Positions 43,161 through 52,300 of a stretch of DNA of 64,000 bases are shown one piece after another. Numbering within the stretch: the stretch's first letter is position 1; every line of letters begins with the position of its first letter. The notes beneath the pieces are model-generated. The model was given only the letters and a program-made list of their open reading frames with translations. It was not told the origin of the DNA and did no database searches. Location: the IMG/VR virus record IMGVR_UViG_3300017991_000084, positions 26,830-90,829 of that record; one strand, 5' to 3'. Origin of the DNA: a virus (Duplodnaviria; Heunggongvirae; Uroviricota; Caudoviricetes). The position numbers and the translations under genes were made by a program.

Positions 43161-43899
43161 CCTCTTTCAAAATGTTAGCGACGTAAGTCTTTGATATCTC
43201 TATACTTATGCTGTTCCGACCCAATCGCTTGCACACCCGATGAACTGTTCCACTACCGGCAAACATATCCACAACCATGTCACCTGGATTCGTACTCATC
43301 AACACCATCCGCTCAATCAGAGCTTCCGGATGCTGATTGGAGATCCACTTACGACGTTCATGGAATGTCCCACACACTCTCGGAAACTCCCACACATCAT
43401 CCGGCACCTTCCCAAGAGGATTCGCCCGCTTGTCCTTGTACTTCAATAGACGCGCTGATGGAACCCGAATGCAATCCGTATTCCACTCCACATCTTTCTT
43501 ACTGAATCGCATCAGTGGACGATACCCATTCCCACAATCTGTCTTCCGATGCTGCCCAAACGTGAACCGCCAAAGTAGGAGGCGGTAATCACAGAGATGG
43601 CTATAGTCTGCTATATAGTCCTGAGCTGAGAACTCAAGCGCAGCTCTATGTGTGTGATATATGCTCCACCAAACAACGTCAGCCCAATTGCTCCGCAAAG
43701 ACATCACCAAGCGTTGCCACAACCACGTTCGATACTCATGCACACTCTTCCATTGCTTGTCATCGAAATCCGCATACTTCATCCCCAAGAAGTCCGGAGG
43801 ATCAGCAAACACCATACGCACATGTGGATGCTCTTTCCGAAGATCACTCGCCACCTCTCGACAGTCACCGCAGATTACCTCATTCATATGATCATCCAC
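43138..43899 (-). CDS. DNA amino-methyltransferase (N6A/N4C, beta class, PF01555-like) with an atypical motif IV DPPDF
   Basis: Motif IV VFADPPDF near the N-terminus; motif I VVDMFAGSGTVHRVCKRLGRNSISIEI near the C-terminus. Confidence 0.6.
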   Translation of the reverse strand: MDDHMNEVICGDCREVASDLRKEHPHVRMVFADPPDFLGMKYADFDDKQWKSVHEYRTWLWQRLVMSLRSNWADVVWWSIYHTHRAALEFSAQDYIADYSHLCDYRLLLWRFTFGQHRKTDCGNGYRPLMRFSKKDVEWNTDCIRVPSARLLKYKDKRANPLGKVPDDVWEFPRVCGTFHERRKWISNQHPEALIERMVLMSTNPGDMVVDMFAGSGTVHRVCKRLGRNSISIEISKTYVANILKEDEDEGKS

Positions 43900-44852
43900 T
43901 CCTCTCCGATTGCCTCACGGATTAGTGTCCACATCTTTCCATGTCCCAAACTGTCCGGATCTTCACCATCTGGAAGCTGGAGCACATACACCTCAGGAAT
44001 GAACGGCCTGAAGTAGTCCGCTGCCTCTCTCGCCTTCCAGTATGCATCTCCATCCCATCCGAACACCAACTGCTGCACCTTACTATCTATGATCCTCGTC
44101 TGCTGCTTCTCTGTGATGGAGGCCCCAAACGTACACACCGCATGCTCATTCACGCGCCACTGATCCATCAGCCCCTCAGTCAACACCATGAGACCGTCTT
44201 CACGTATGTCATCTAGTCCATACAGATAGTCCATGTCATTGTCAGAGTTTTTGTACTTGACCATCGCACGCCCTGTCATATCCGCAGCCTGAAATGCCAC
44301 CAACTCCCTATCCTCATAGACAGGGATGATGAGTCGATTCATATACGGCCCAGTCCGACAGACACCACACTTGCGATCTGTCAAATCCTCAATGTACAGA
44401 TCCCTACGCTCCAGATAATCATCGATCAAAGGAAAGTCCATGTCCGCAGTCACCTCTATGAACTGCCGTGGCAATCCCAAGAACTCATTCTTCTCTTCCT
44501 TGGTAGTGGACAACTCCTCACGTCGCAACATCCGCTGAACCTGTGACACTGGATCATCTTCCAGGAACACACCCATGTCCTGGATCATACGCTCACAGTA
44601 CTCCAGCTTAGAATGCGTCAGAATAGCCACCAAGAAAGCGAATGAGCCCTTCTTGTTGCATCTCCAACAGTTGAACTTCATCGTCTCTTTGAAGATGCCA
44701 CAGTGGTTGCTAGGATCAGGACCTAGAGGCCCACCCATAGCACAGAATGGGCAGTTGACGTTGATCGTATCCGAACTAACGTTCTTACCCTCTGTCCAAT
44801 ACTCAATGCCATGCTCAGACAGCACATCGATTATCACCTGCTCATAGTTCAT
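43884..44852 (-). CDS. DNA primase (zinc-binding domain plus TOPRIM, DnaG-like)
   Basis: CPFC...CWRC zinc site; TOPRIM EGLMD and DGD. Confidence 0.6.
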   Translation of the reverse strand: MNYEQVIIDVLSEHGIEYWTEGKNVSSDTINVNCPFCAMGGPLGPDPSNHCGIFKETMKFNCWRCNKKGSFAFLVAILTHSKLEYCERMIQDMGVFLEDDPVSQVQRMLRREELSTTKEEKNEFLGLPRQFIEVTADMDFPLIDDYLERRDLYIEDLTDRKCGVCRTGPYMNRLIIPVYEDRELVAFQAADMTGRAMVKYKNSDNDMDYLYGLDDIREDGLMVLTEGLMDQWRVNEHAVCTFGASITEKQQTRIIDSKVQQLVFGWDGDAYWKAREAADYFRPFIPEVYVLQLPDGEDPDSLGHGKMWTLIREAIGEEWMII

Positions 44853-45104
44853 GTCACCTCACGATTGGAGGAGGGATGAGCCTCTCATACCGTGTGTTAT
44901 GAGAGGCCCTCATTACCATGTCATGAATCTTGTCCTTGCCCCACCCAAGATCCAGGAGCTGCCGTTTCAGCTTCTCCATTCTTTCCTCAATCCCACCCTC
45001 TATCAAATCGTGAAGATTCAATAGATCACGCATGTACTGCACTATCGCTCGTTCATCCAACAGATCCACCTGCGCAGGATCAGGAAAAGTCATAACACAT
45101 CCTC

Positions 45105-46343
45105 CTATTGATCATCCTCTACGTCACCGATGCCCTTCTCACGCTGCTTGTCCTCCTTGAGTAGGAACTCGTCACTCTTGAGCTTCAGACATGACCAGCG
45201 CCCATATTCATCCTCGAACCAGACCACAATCCCCTCTCGGATCGTGTCCGCATCCAACACGGACTTGCCCTCGGTCAGCTGCTTCAAGTCATTCAATGAC
45301 CACGGCTCAGAATCGAATAGATCCACAATCCAATCATTGATGAAATGACCCTCACCCAACAACGGAGGACACTCCAAGCCCAACTCCACGGCACGATGGT
45401 ATACCATCTCACGTGGCAGATCCACGCAGAAGCCGTCTGGTGTGGTGATGGTGACACGATACAAGATCACTCGATACTCACTCGCCTTGCATCCATATGA
45501 GAACCCAGACTGAATCTCAGCCCCAGTCTTTGAATGCCCGAAGATCTCATAGTACACCTGCTCACCCTTCCGCAGATGTGGAGCCAACTTCTCCTCGATC
45601 TCCTTACGCACACCAGGAATGTGAGCACCAATGTGGTCCACACGACGTGTCCCACTAACCACACGCCACTCCTCTGTCACCTTGGGAGCCCAGAACTTCC
45701 ACCACGGACGCTGTGTCTTGAACAGCATGTTACCCGTCCGAGCTGAAGTCCCATGGATCTTCTCCTCAATGTACAGAGTCCCATTTGGAATCCGATGTGA
45801 CTCACGGAGCAGGTGCTTCGTGTCCCAGTGCTTCCAGAACATCTCTGACACCGGCTCCCGAACTCTCTTCTTCCGAGACCCAGGCGCACCAGGAGTACGA
45901 TGAGGCACCACGTACTTCTCACAGATCTTCACACCATTCACATGGGTAAACTCGTCACCTACCTCCAGGTACTCCGCAACCCCAGTGTTGTTGATAGACT
46001 CCACCAGTGTGTGAATAGAGGCAACTGAAGCCACATACCCATTCGACATCTCACCACGGAATCTCTGCGCCCGAACGCGACCATTCTTACCGAAGTAGCC
46101 CTTCACGCTCGTATCCGCATTCAATTCCGGATTCGAATACAAGTTGTTATGGCTCAGGTACTCCGGAGACAACCGTAGATTGCTGTCGAAGTACACCATC
46201 AAGTCACCGTCTTTCGCATCCAGACCGACAACCACCTGATCACCCACCACAGTAGCCAGCTTCAACCGATCTGCATTCGGATGCGGACGGACATTCTCTA
46301 GCCGCACGACCAACGCATTGTTAGATTCCGCTTTCTTCAACAT
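45105..46343 (-). CDS. RNA ligase, Rnl2-type nucleotidyltransferase, with an N-terminal tRNA-binding (Trbp111/EMAPII/Myf-like, PF01588) OB domain
   Basis: N-terminus VVRLENVRPHPNADRLKLATVVGDQ...RAQRFRGEMSNGYV (tRNA_bind signatures); motif I EEKIHGTSAR (T4 Rnl2 has EKIHGTN); motif III-like YYEIFG; motif IV EGIVVWFED; motif V LKLKSDEF. Confidence 0.6.
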   Translation of the reverse strand: MLKKAESNNALVVRLENVRPHPNADRLKLATVVGDQVVVGLDAKDGDLMVYFDSNLRLSPEYLSHNNLYSNPELNADTSVKGYFGKNGRVRAQRFRGEMSNGYVASVASIHTLVESINNTGVAEYLEVGDEFTHVNGVKICEKYVVPHRTPGAPGSRKKRVREPVSEMFWKHWDTKHLLRESHRIPNGTLYIEEKIHGTSARTGNMLFKTQRPWWKFWAPKVTEEWRVVSGTRRVDHIGAHIPGVRKEIEEKLAPHLRKGEQVYYEIFGHSKTGAEIQSGFSYGCKASEYRVILYRVTITTPDGFCVDLPREMVYHRAVELGLECPPLLGEGHFINDWIVDLFDSEPWSLNDLKQLTEGKSVLDADTIREGIVVWFEDEYGRWSCLKLKSDEFLLKEDKQREKGIGDVEDDQ

Positions 46344-46748
46344 CGCTTCTCTCCTACTTGTTCAGCTTCTCCTGAATGGCAGTGAGACGAGCATCATTGA
46401 ACTCGCAAATCTCCACAAGACCCTCAACTGCCTCCGTCAACTTCATCCACTCCAGAGACGACTTCTCTCGATTGCTCGCCTTCTCCAGCTTCGCCCTGAT
46501 CCCCTTCAGCTTCTGTATCACTTCTGTCGCCATCTTCTTCATCCTCCACTGCCAAACCTTCGATTAGTGCTTCCATATACGCAATGCGCTCCTCACGATC
46601 CGGGAACGCCTTGTTGATCCCGACCACCAGATTCTGGTAGATCTTCATCTCCTCGGCCATCTCTTCCTGAGCCACCTTCTTGGGGAACGTCGCTGCCCGA
46701 TCAAACGCTCGTCTCTTCTTGAACTTCGGTCCACGCTTCTTCTGCTTC

Positions 46749-48215
46749 TTAGCCATTGGTTCCTCCATAGTCACTCATGTATTCGTTGAACTCTTTCTGC
46801 AAGTCAGCACGAGGCCCCTGATTCGCCTTGGTCCGCTCGTCAAAGGTATCACGCATGACCAGCTCAATCACCGTTGTCTCCTTCTCCTGCCCATCTCGAT
46901 GCATCCGACCGATACACTGCTTCCTGGCTGTCGGAGATACCACTATGTCATAGAACACCACGATCTCGGCTGAATAGCCCTCCCAGGACTCCCCACCGCA
47001 CTTCGTATTGCACACGCACACCTGAACCTCCGGGTCCTCCAAAAACGCCTTCTCGGCCATCCTACGCTTCTCTGCGCCCTGCCCGCCCTTGATCGTCACA
47101 TAATTGATCTTGGCCTTATCCAGAGCCTTATGGATGACCTCATCAGCCCCGTCATACTGATAAAATACGATGATCTTTACCGGATGGTCCTCTATTATCT
47201 CCATCAATGTGTCCAATTTCGGGTTTTTCTTCAAATACTTGATGCGTCTCTCCTTACGACCGTCAGGACCGTCAACGTCGTAATAGAAATACCCACCCAG
47301 GACCTGCTTGTACTTGTGCGACTTCTGAGACGGCTCGCTGATATCCACCTTGACCCCATTGACTGTGACATAGGGTTTCTGGATGATCTTTGCTTCCCAC
47401 TTCCGGAACTCGTCACTCGCCTCCACCTGCCATACCACCTCATTGCAATCCGGCAAGTCCGCACACTCCGACCGCTCGAACAACAATGTCACTGGTGACG
47501 CCATGTCAAAGATCTTCATCTCTGCGCCTTCCTTTGGGTCCCACGTGTAGAATCCTTTCTTGAAGAAATTCAACCGATAGCGGAAGAAGTTATCTCCCAA
47601 ACACTGCCCCTGATCAATCGCCTTGTACACATTGAACAGCTCCAGGAGACTCTTATCAAACGGAGTCCCAGACAGCCCAATGACATGCTTCGCTCTTCTA
47701 CTCAGCTCACAGCAAATCTTCGATTGCAACGAATCGTATGACTTGCATCTATGCGCCTCATCAAAGATGATCCCATCGAACCCATCCACGAACTGATTCG
47801 TGTCCATGTACCACTTGCAACCACGTTTGGCCTTCACCTTACGACCATACACGTACTTCAGGCCCTCATAGTTGATGACGTACACATTACGATCCAGAGC
47901 CAGCTTATCAAGGCGCTCTTCCCTCGATCCAGATAGAACGACTCCATTATATGCTGTCCATTTCATGTTGGATTGCCATGCCCCGAATGATGACGTCGGA
48001 CCCACAACCAAGATCCTGGGACACTTCCAGATGTGCTCCATCACATAGTAGGCAGTCGCAGTCTTCCCGCTCCCGATAGGATGCCAGAACGCAACTCTAT
48101 CCTTCCCAACTGCGAACACCATGGACACCTTCTGATGCCATCGCGGAGGCCGCAAGAACTGGCAACAGGACAATGCCCAATCTAGCTTCTCTTCTGGTAT
48201 ACTCTTGTAGTTCAA
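46749..48215 (-). CDS. SF2 helicase (SNF2/DEAH-like)
   Basis: Walker A GSGKTAT; DEAH-box FDEAHRCK; LSGTPF. Confidence 0.6.
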   Translation of the reverse strand: MNYKSIPEEKLDWALSCCQFLRPPRWHQKVSMVFAVGKDRVAFWHPIGSGKTATAYYVMEHIWKCPRILVVGPTSSFGAWQSNMKWTAYNGVVLSGSREERLDKLALDRNVYVINYEGLKYVYGRKVKAKRGCKWYMDTNQFVDGFDGIIFDEAHRCKSYDSLQSKICCELSRRAKHVIGLSGTPFDKSLLELFNVYKAIDQGQCLGDNFFRYRLNFFKKGFYTWDPKEGAEMKIFDMASPVTLLFERSECADLPDCNEVVWQVEASDEFRKWEAKIIQKPYVTVNGVKVDISEPSQKSHKYKQVLGGYFYYDVDGPDGRKERRIKYLKKNPKLDTLMEIIEDHPVKIIVFYQYDGADEVIHKALDKAKINYVTIKGGQGAEKRRMAEKAFLEDPEVQVCVCNTKCGGESWEGYSAEIVVFYDIVVSPTARKQCIGRMHRDGQEKETTVIELVMRDTFDERTKANQGPRADLQKEFNEYMSDYGGTNG

Positions 48216-48429
48216 TCACATGCCCTTAAAATGCGTCGAAACCCACACCAGCTTGTGGTGGGCTCTCCATTGTCTCATGTGATCCACATCGAACGTGTAG
48301 TTCACTTCCTTCCACACAAAGCAGCTCTTCTCCTGAAGGTAGAATATCTCCAACTTTGAATCATACACAATCCTCGTGCTATGATTGAAAGGATCTATTG
48401 CAATCAATTCACGCTTCATGGTAGGTCTC

Positions 48430-49797
48430 CTAGTTCTTCGACTTCATCGGCCAAGTCTTGTACGCAAACTGCCCAATGTCCAGATTCTGGGCGAACAAAC
48501 ATCCTACGAACTGAGGACCGTGTCTGTTCGCCATAACATGGGCGCACATACGATTTCCATTGTCTCCCACCTGAGAGATGCCAAGCGCCAAGTCCACATT
48601 GCCGATCTTCCGAATGTCCTCAGCACTGTCTCCCTGCTTCAACTTCGACCTCTTCAATGCATCACGTGTCACCTGGGACGCAATGATCATCAGGAATTTC
48701 TTCTCGTCCGCGAGACCCTTACATTCCAGGTACATATCATTGATCACATCGTTTCTCTTGTCCGATGACGGCAACTTCATTTTTTCTGGATAATCGTTGA
48801 TCACCACATCTGGGATGAAATCCTCATACATCTCCAGGTACTCCAGATACCGACGCAGCTCTCCCATTGTGCAAGTACCCATCGGATATTTTTTGATGAC
48901 CAGCCGCCCACCGAATCGGGCCGCACGCTTACGCACACTCCTCACCGCCTCCAGGTCATGCGTCGTCTTTGGGTAGATCTTCCGGGTCTGCATCACATTC
49001 CCATCGTCATCGATCTCCTCGAAGTCCACGCCATCGACAGAGGCATGCTGATCATTCGATAAGCTACCGAACCCACGGTCATACCGCTCTTCTGTGTCCT
49101 CCAACGACAGCTCGTGTGAAATGTGCAACACGTTCAGCCCACGCATCAACGCCCTGATCCCGAAGTAGATCAGTGAGAACGACTTCTTGCCCTTGAACCC
49201 ACCGAACACACAAACCAGATCCGTTCTACTCATCGGACGCTTCAGGATATTATCCAGTGTGTCCAGCCCCAACGGCAGGATCGGTTCATTCGCCTTGTCT
49301 GGACGCATGTACGCAGGCAGATCAGCCTTGAAGTACTCACTGCCCACCTCTTCCTTCTCTACGCCCACACGCAACGCTGACTGCATGTTCTCACGTGCCA
49401 TGTCCAGCTTGCCCATCTGCGCCAGCTTCATACTCTTGACCACCGCCAGCTCGAACTCACGTGCCTGGACAAACTGATTGATCCGCGACACCACATACGC
49501 GACATTCGGCTCCTCCATGTCATTCATCCGCTCGACGTAGGTCAGGAAGTGGTGCTTCTTATCCTCATCCTTCGTCTCCAGGAACGACACCAGCTCATCA
49601 TGGAAGTGCTGCCCAGGAGCCTCTTTGAATTGCATGAAGTACGAATAGCACAGCTGAATAAGCTCCTTCGTAATTGACGATGAGAAGTATTCCGGCTTGA
49701 TAGCCGAATGTGCCATTTTGATGAAATCAGTGCTGGTGATACACAGGTACAAAAATGAGTCTTGAATCCTCTGACTCAGAACATCATCCTTCTTCAT
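48430..49797 (-). CDS. replicative DNA helicase (DnaB / gp41 family)
   Basis: Walker A GGFKGKKS; DnaB motif IIASQVTR; N-terminal DnaB-like domain. Confidence 0.6.
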   Translation of the reverse strand: MKKDDVLSQRIQDSFLYLCITSTDFIKMAHSAIKPEYFSSSITKELIQLCYSYFMQFKEAPGQHFHDELVSFLETKDEDKKHHFLTYVERMNDMEEPNVAYVVSRINQFVQAREFELAVVKSMKLAQMGKLDMARENMQSALRVGVEKEEVGSEYFKADLPAYMRPDKANEPILPLGLDTLDNILKRPMSRTDLVCVFGGFKGKKSFSLIYFGIRALMRGLNVLHISHELSLEDTEERYDRGFGSLSNDQHASVDGVDFEEIDDDGNVMQTRKIYPKTTHDLEAVRSVRKRAARFGGRLVIKKYPMGTCTMGELRRYLEYLEMYEDFIPDVVINDYPEKMKLPSSDKRNDVINDMYLECKGLADEKKFLMIIASQVTRDALKRSKLKQGDSAEDIRKIGNVDLALGISQVGDNGNRMCAHVMANRHGPQFVGCLFAQNLDIGQFAYKTWPMKSKN

Positions 49798-51208
49798 CCC
49801 TCTTCTCCTAGACGCACAGTATAAAGACTACCGCAGCTGCAAAGATCGCAAAAAATGTGCCAAACCAAATTGCCAACACCTTATTACTCGGCTCGTAGTT
49901 ATCCATTCCGTCTCCTACGCTTTGAAATTGATCACTGGTGGAACGTCCAGGTGTGTCATCCGACAAGCCTGAATCCACCGACGCACCATGGCCTGATGCT
50001 TGGGAGACTGCATGTGCATGTCCCTAGCATGCTGCCCGTAGAACTTGCATCTACAGGCACTGCACGAGCCCACCCACGGCTCCTTCTCCTGCCCCTCGAT
50101 CTGAACATAGTAGGGCTCGATCCAAGCCTTCGGTATGCGTCTCAATTATCTTCTCCCTCATCTTCCATCTTCGTGAATGTGACTCTCTCCGAATAGTAGC
50201 CGTTCGACTCACCATACCATCGGATCGTCACCGCACCCTTCGCTGTAGCCAGATCGTAGAACGTCCACGTGAAGCTCTCACGCCAGTCCTCTTCACGCTC
50301 ATCCTCACCCTCCGGATCTTCGTTAGAACTGACATTCTCACGTGCCGTCAGGATCGGAGATCCAATCAGATCCTCCAGATCACCACAGATGTCCTCGATA
50401 CGAACAGACTCACAACAGTCCTGTATGTGGAACATCAGGAACCGCTCACCGTCCGTCGTATGGAAGGTCAACGACTCCTCATTCTCGTCTCTCACAATAC
50501 TTGTCAGGGTCTTGCCCACTAGCTCGTTGATACTCATGTTGCGTCCCCAATAAAGGAATTCACCAATGCTCATCTCATATACCTCCTACGCTCCACATGC
50601 ATGAATGTTCGCTAGATAGTCTGCATCTGGCTCAAAATCGTGCAGATGCTCACCAGCGCTCCCGTCATCATTCCAACCAGACTGACGATCATCCCGATCA
50701 ACGCTCCATATGTCAGCCAGTCCTGAAACTTCGAACTCTTCTGCTGCCTCCCACCTGCAATCAGACCGATCACAATAGCCACCACGGATAGTCCCATGAG
50801 AACCATGCTCGGCCCAAAGATCGGATCACTCAATGCTTGTCCCATCGTCATCGTCTCACCTCCCGCTGGCGACGGTCCAGGAGATTTGTGTACGCATTCG
50901 CGTGCCACAACAGGACGTCAATCAACTCATCACGGTCCATGTCACCAATGCGTTTTCTATTTAATGCCCACGTGGCATTCAGCAGCTCTTCTTTTTCCAT
51001 CACACCGATCCTCCTCTCAAAAGCCCAACCGGCACAAAACTTGTCGCCACTGCTCCGGAAGCGTAGCAATCTCTCCAGCTCCTGAATAGGAACCCGCCAG
51101 GAATCCGAACCACGTCAGTCATTGGCATTGTCAGTCCTTTCTCTGGCTTGTAGATGATCTTCCGATCACCCATCTTCATCATGAGAAACTCGAACTCTCC
51201 CATTTCCA

Positions 51209-52300
51209 TCACAGCGCTCCTATCACATTTTCTAGATATTGTGGCAACAACACATCCCACGTATATCCGCTGTTCATATTTCCTGGATGAACCATGTCAC
51301 CCTTCTCTCGGTAGTGCTCCTGGAGACAATTCTTCAGGTAGCCGATCAGTTCATCAGCGCTCAAGCCTCTATCGTTGTGGATATCGATGAACGCTACTAC
51401 GCGCTCTGCTGCCTCGATAAACTTCGGGACCTGATAGCGTGCAGGCTTCCATTTCGAATTGTTGATCAGCCACCCATACGCCTCAATGATCTTCTTCGTG
51501 ATTTCTGGATTCTCATCCGGCAACCCACAGGCTCCTGTGGAGCCTCCATTCATCGCATGCTTCAACGAATCGAAGTGCTTCCGGAAGTTCCCACCAGACA
51601 GTATCTGGCCCTGCCAGAACTCGTCCTTCTGGCACCATTTCAAGACCTTCACAGCCTCATCATATGGAACGGCATCTCGCGTAAGTAGCAAATCGAAATC
51701 CTTTGCCCACCTACGTAGTGAATCCTCCTCTTTTTCTGGAGAAAAGAACCGTGCGATCCTACTGTAGAACTTCTTGTTCCTCCGGATGAAGCCCAGTAGA
51801 GCACTCGCTAGAATGTATCCGTCAGTCTCTACCCGGTCCTCTGATTTCGTGGTCGTCGTCCCCTCTTCAACTTTACCTGTTTCTTTTACCTGTTCTTCCT
51901 CTTTATATGGTACGACATCTGTGTCGTACGCCCCTGACACCTGTGTCGTACCCCGGCACGTCATCTGTGTCGTACCCAAGTAGATCTTTCGGTCTCGTTT
52001 TTCGTCCAGTTCTACCCGGATGTGCCCGGATTTGTCCAGTGACTGCACTATGCGTTGGATCTGGCGCTCACTGACTCCAGTCAACTTGGCTAGGTAGCCA
52101 TTTGTTGCCCAACTGTACCCTTCACGCTTCGCCAATCCGGCAATCACTCCGTAGATGCACTTGTGGGACCATTCCAGTTCCGCATCATGCATGACGCTGG
52201 CTGGGATAATGTAGTACAAAGCTCCACTACCGCTCATTCCCATCTCCCTTCGGGCAGTCCTCAGTTGCAGCCAGATCCACATCCATCGTGTCCCAAACAC
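51209..52300 (-). CDS. putative replication initiator / replisome organiser (N-terminal winged HTH) with iterons inside the ORF
   Basis: wHTH-like segment YLAKLTGVSERQIQRIVQSL; acidic Thr-rich linker encoded by the iteron region. Confidence 0.45.
   Translation of the reverse strand: MFGTRWMWIWLQLRTARREMGMSGSGALYYIIPASVMHDAELEWSHKCIYGVIAGLAKREGYSWATNGYLAKLTGVSERQIQRIVQSLDKSGHIRVELDEKRDRKIYLGTTQMTCRGTTQVSGAYDTDVVPYKEEEQVKETGKVEEGTTTTKSEDRVETDGYILASALLGFIRRNKKFYSRIARFFSPEKEEDSLRRWAKDFDLLLTRDAVPYDEAVKVLKWCQKDEFWQGQILSGGNFRKHFDSLKHAMNGGSTGACGLPDENPEITKKIIEAYGWLINNSKWKPARYQVPKFIEAAERVVAFIDIHNDRGLSADELIGYLKNCLQEHYREKGDMVHPGNMNSGYTWDVLLPQYLENVIGAL
51914..51980. repeat. three direct roughly 22-bp iterons (GACAyCTGTGTCGTACsCC), each with a GTACGAC/GTCGTAC palindromic core; candidate origin of replication
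   Basis: CTGTGTCGTAC found at 51919-51929, 51941-51951 and 51965-51975; extra repeats TTACCTGTT x2 at 51881-51900. Confidence 0.55.

Noticed and set aside
49818-49843. Promoter-like TTTGCA-N14-TATACTGTG upstream of the DnaB helicase
   Set aside because: The spacer is only 14 bp and the conserved TTAGGTGTA is missing. It is noted as a weak variant rather than a family member.
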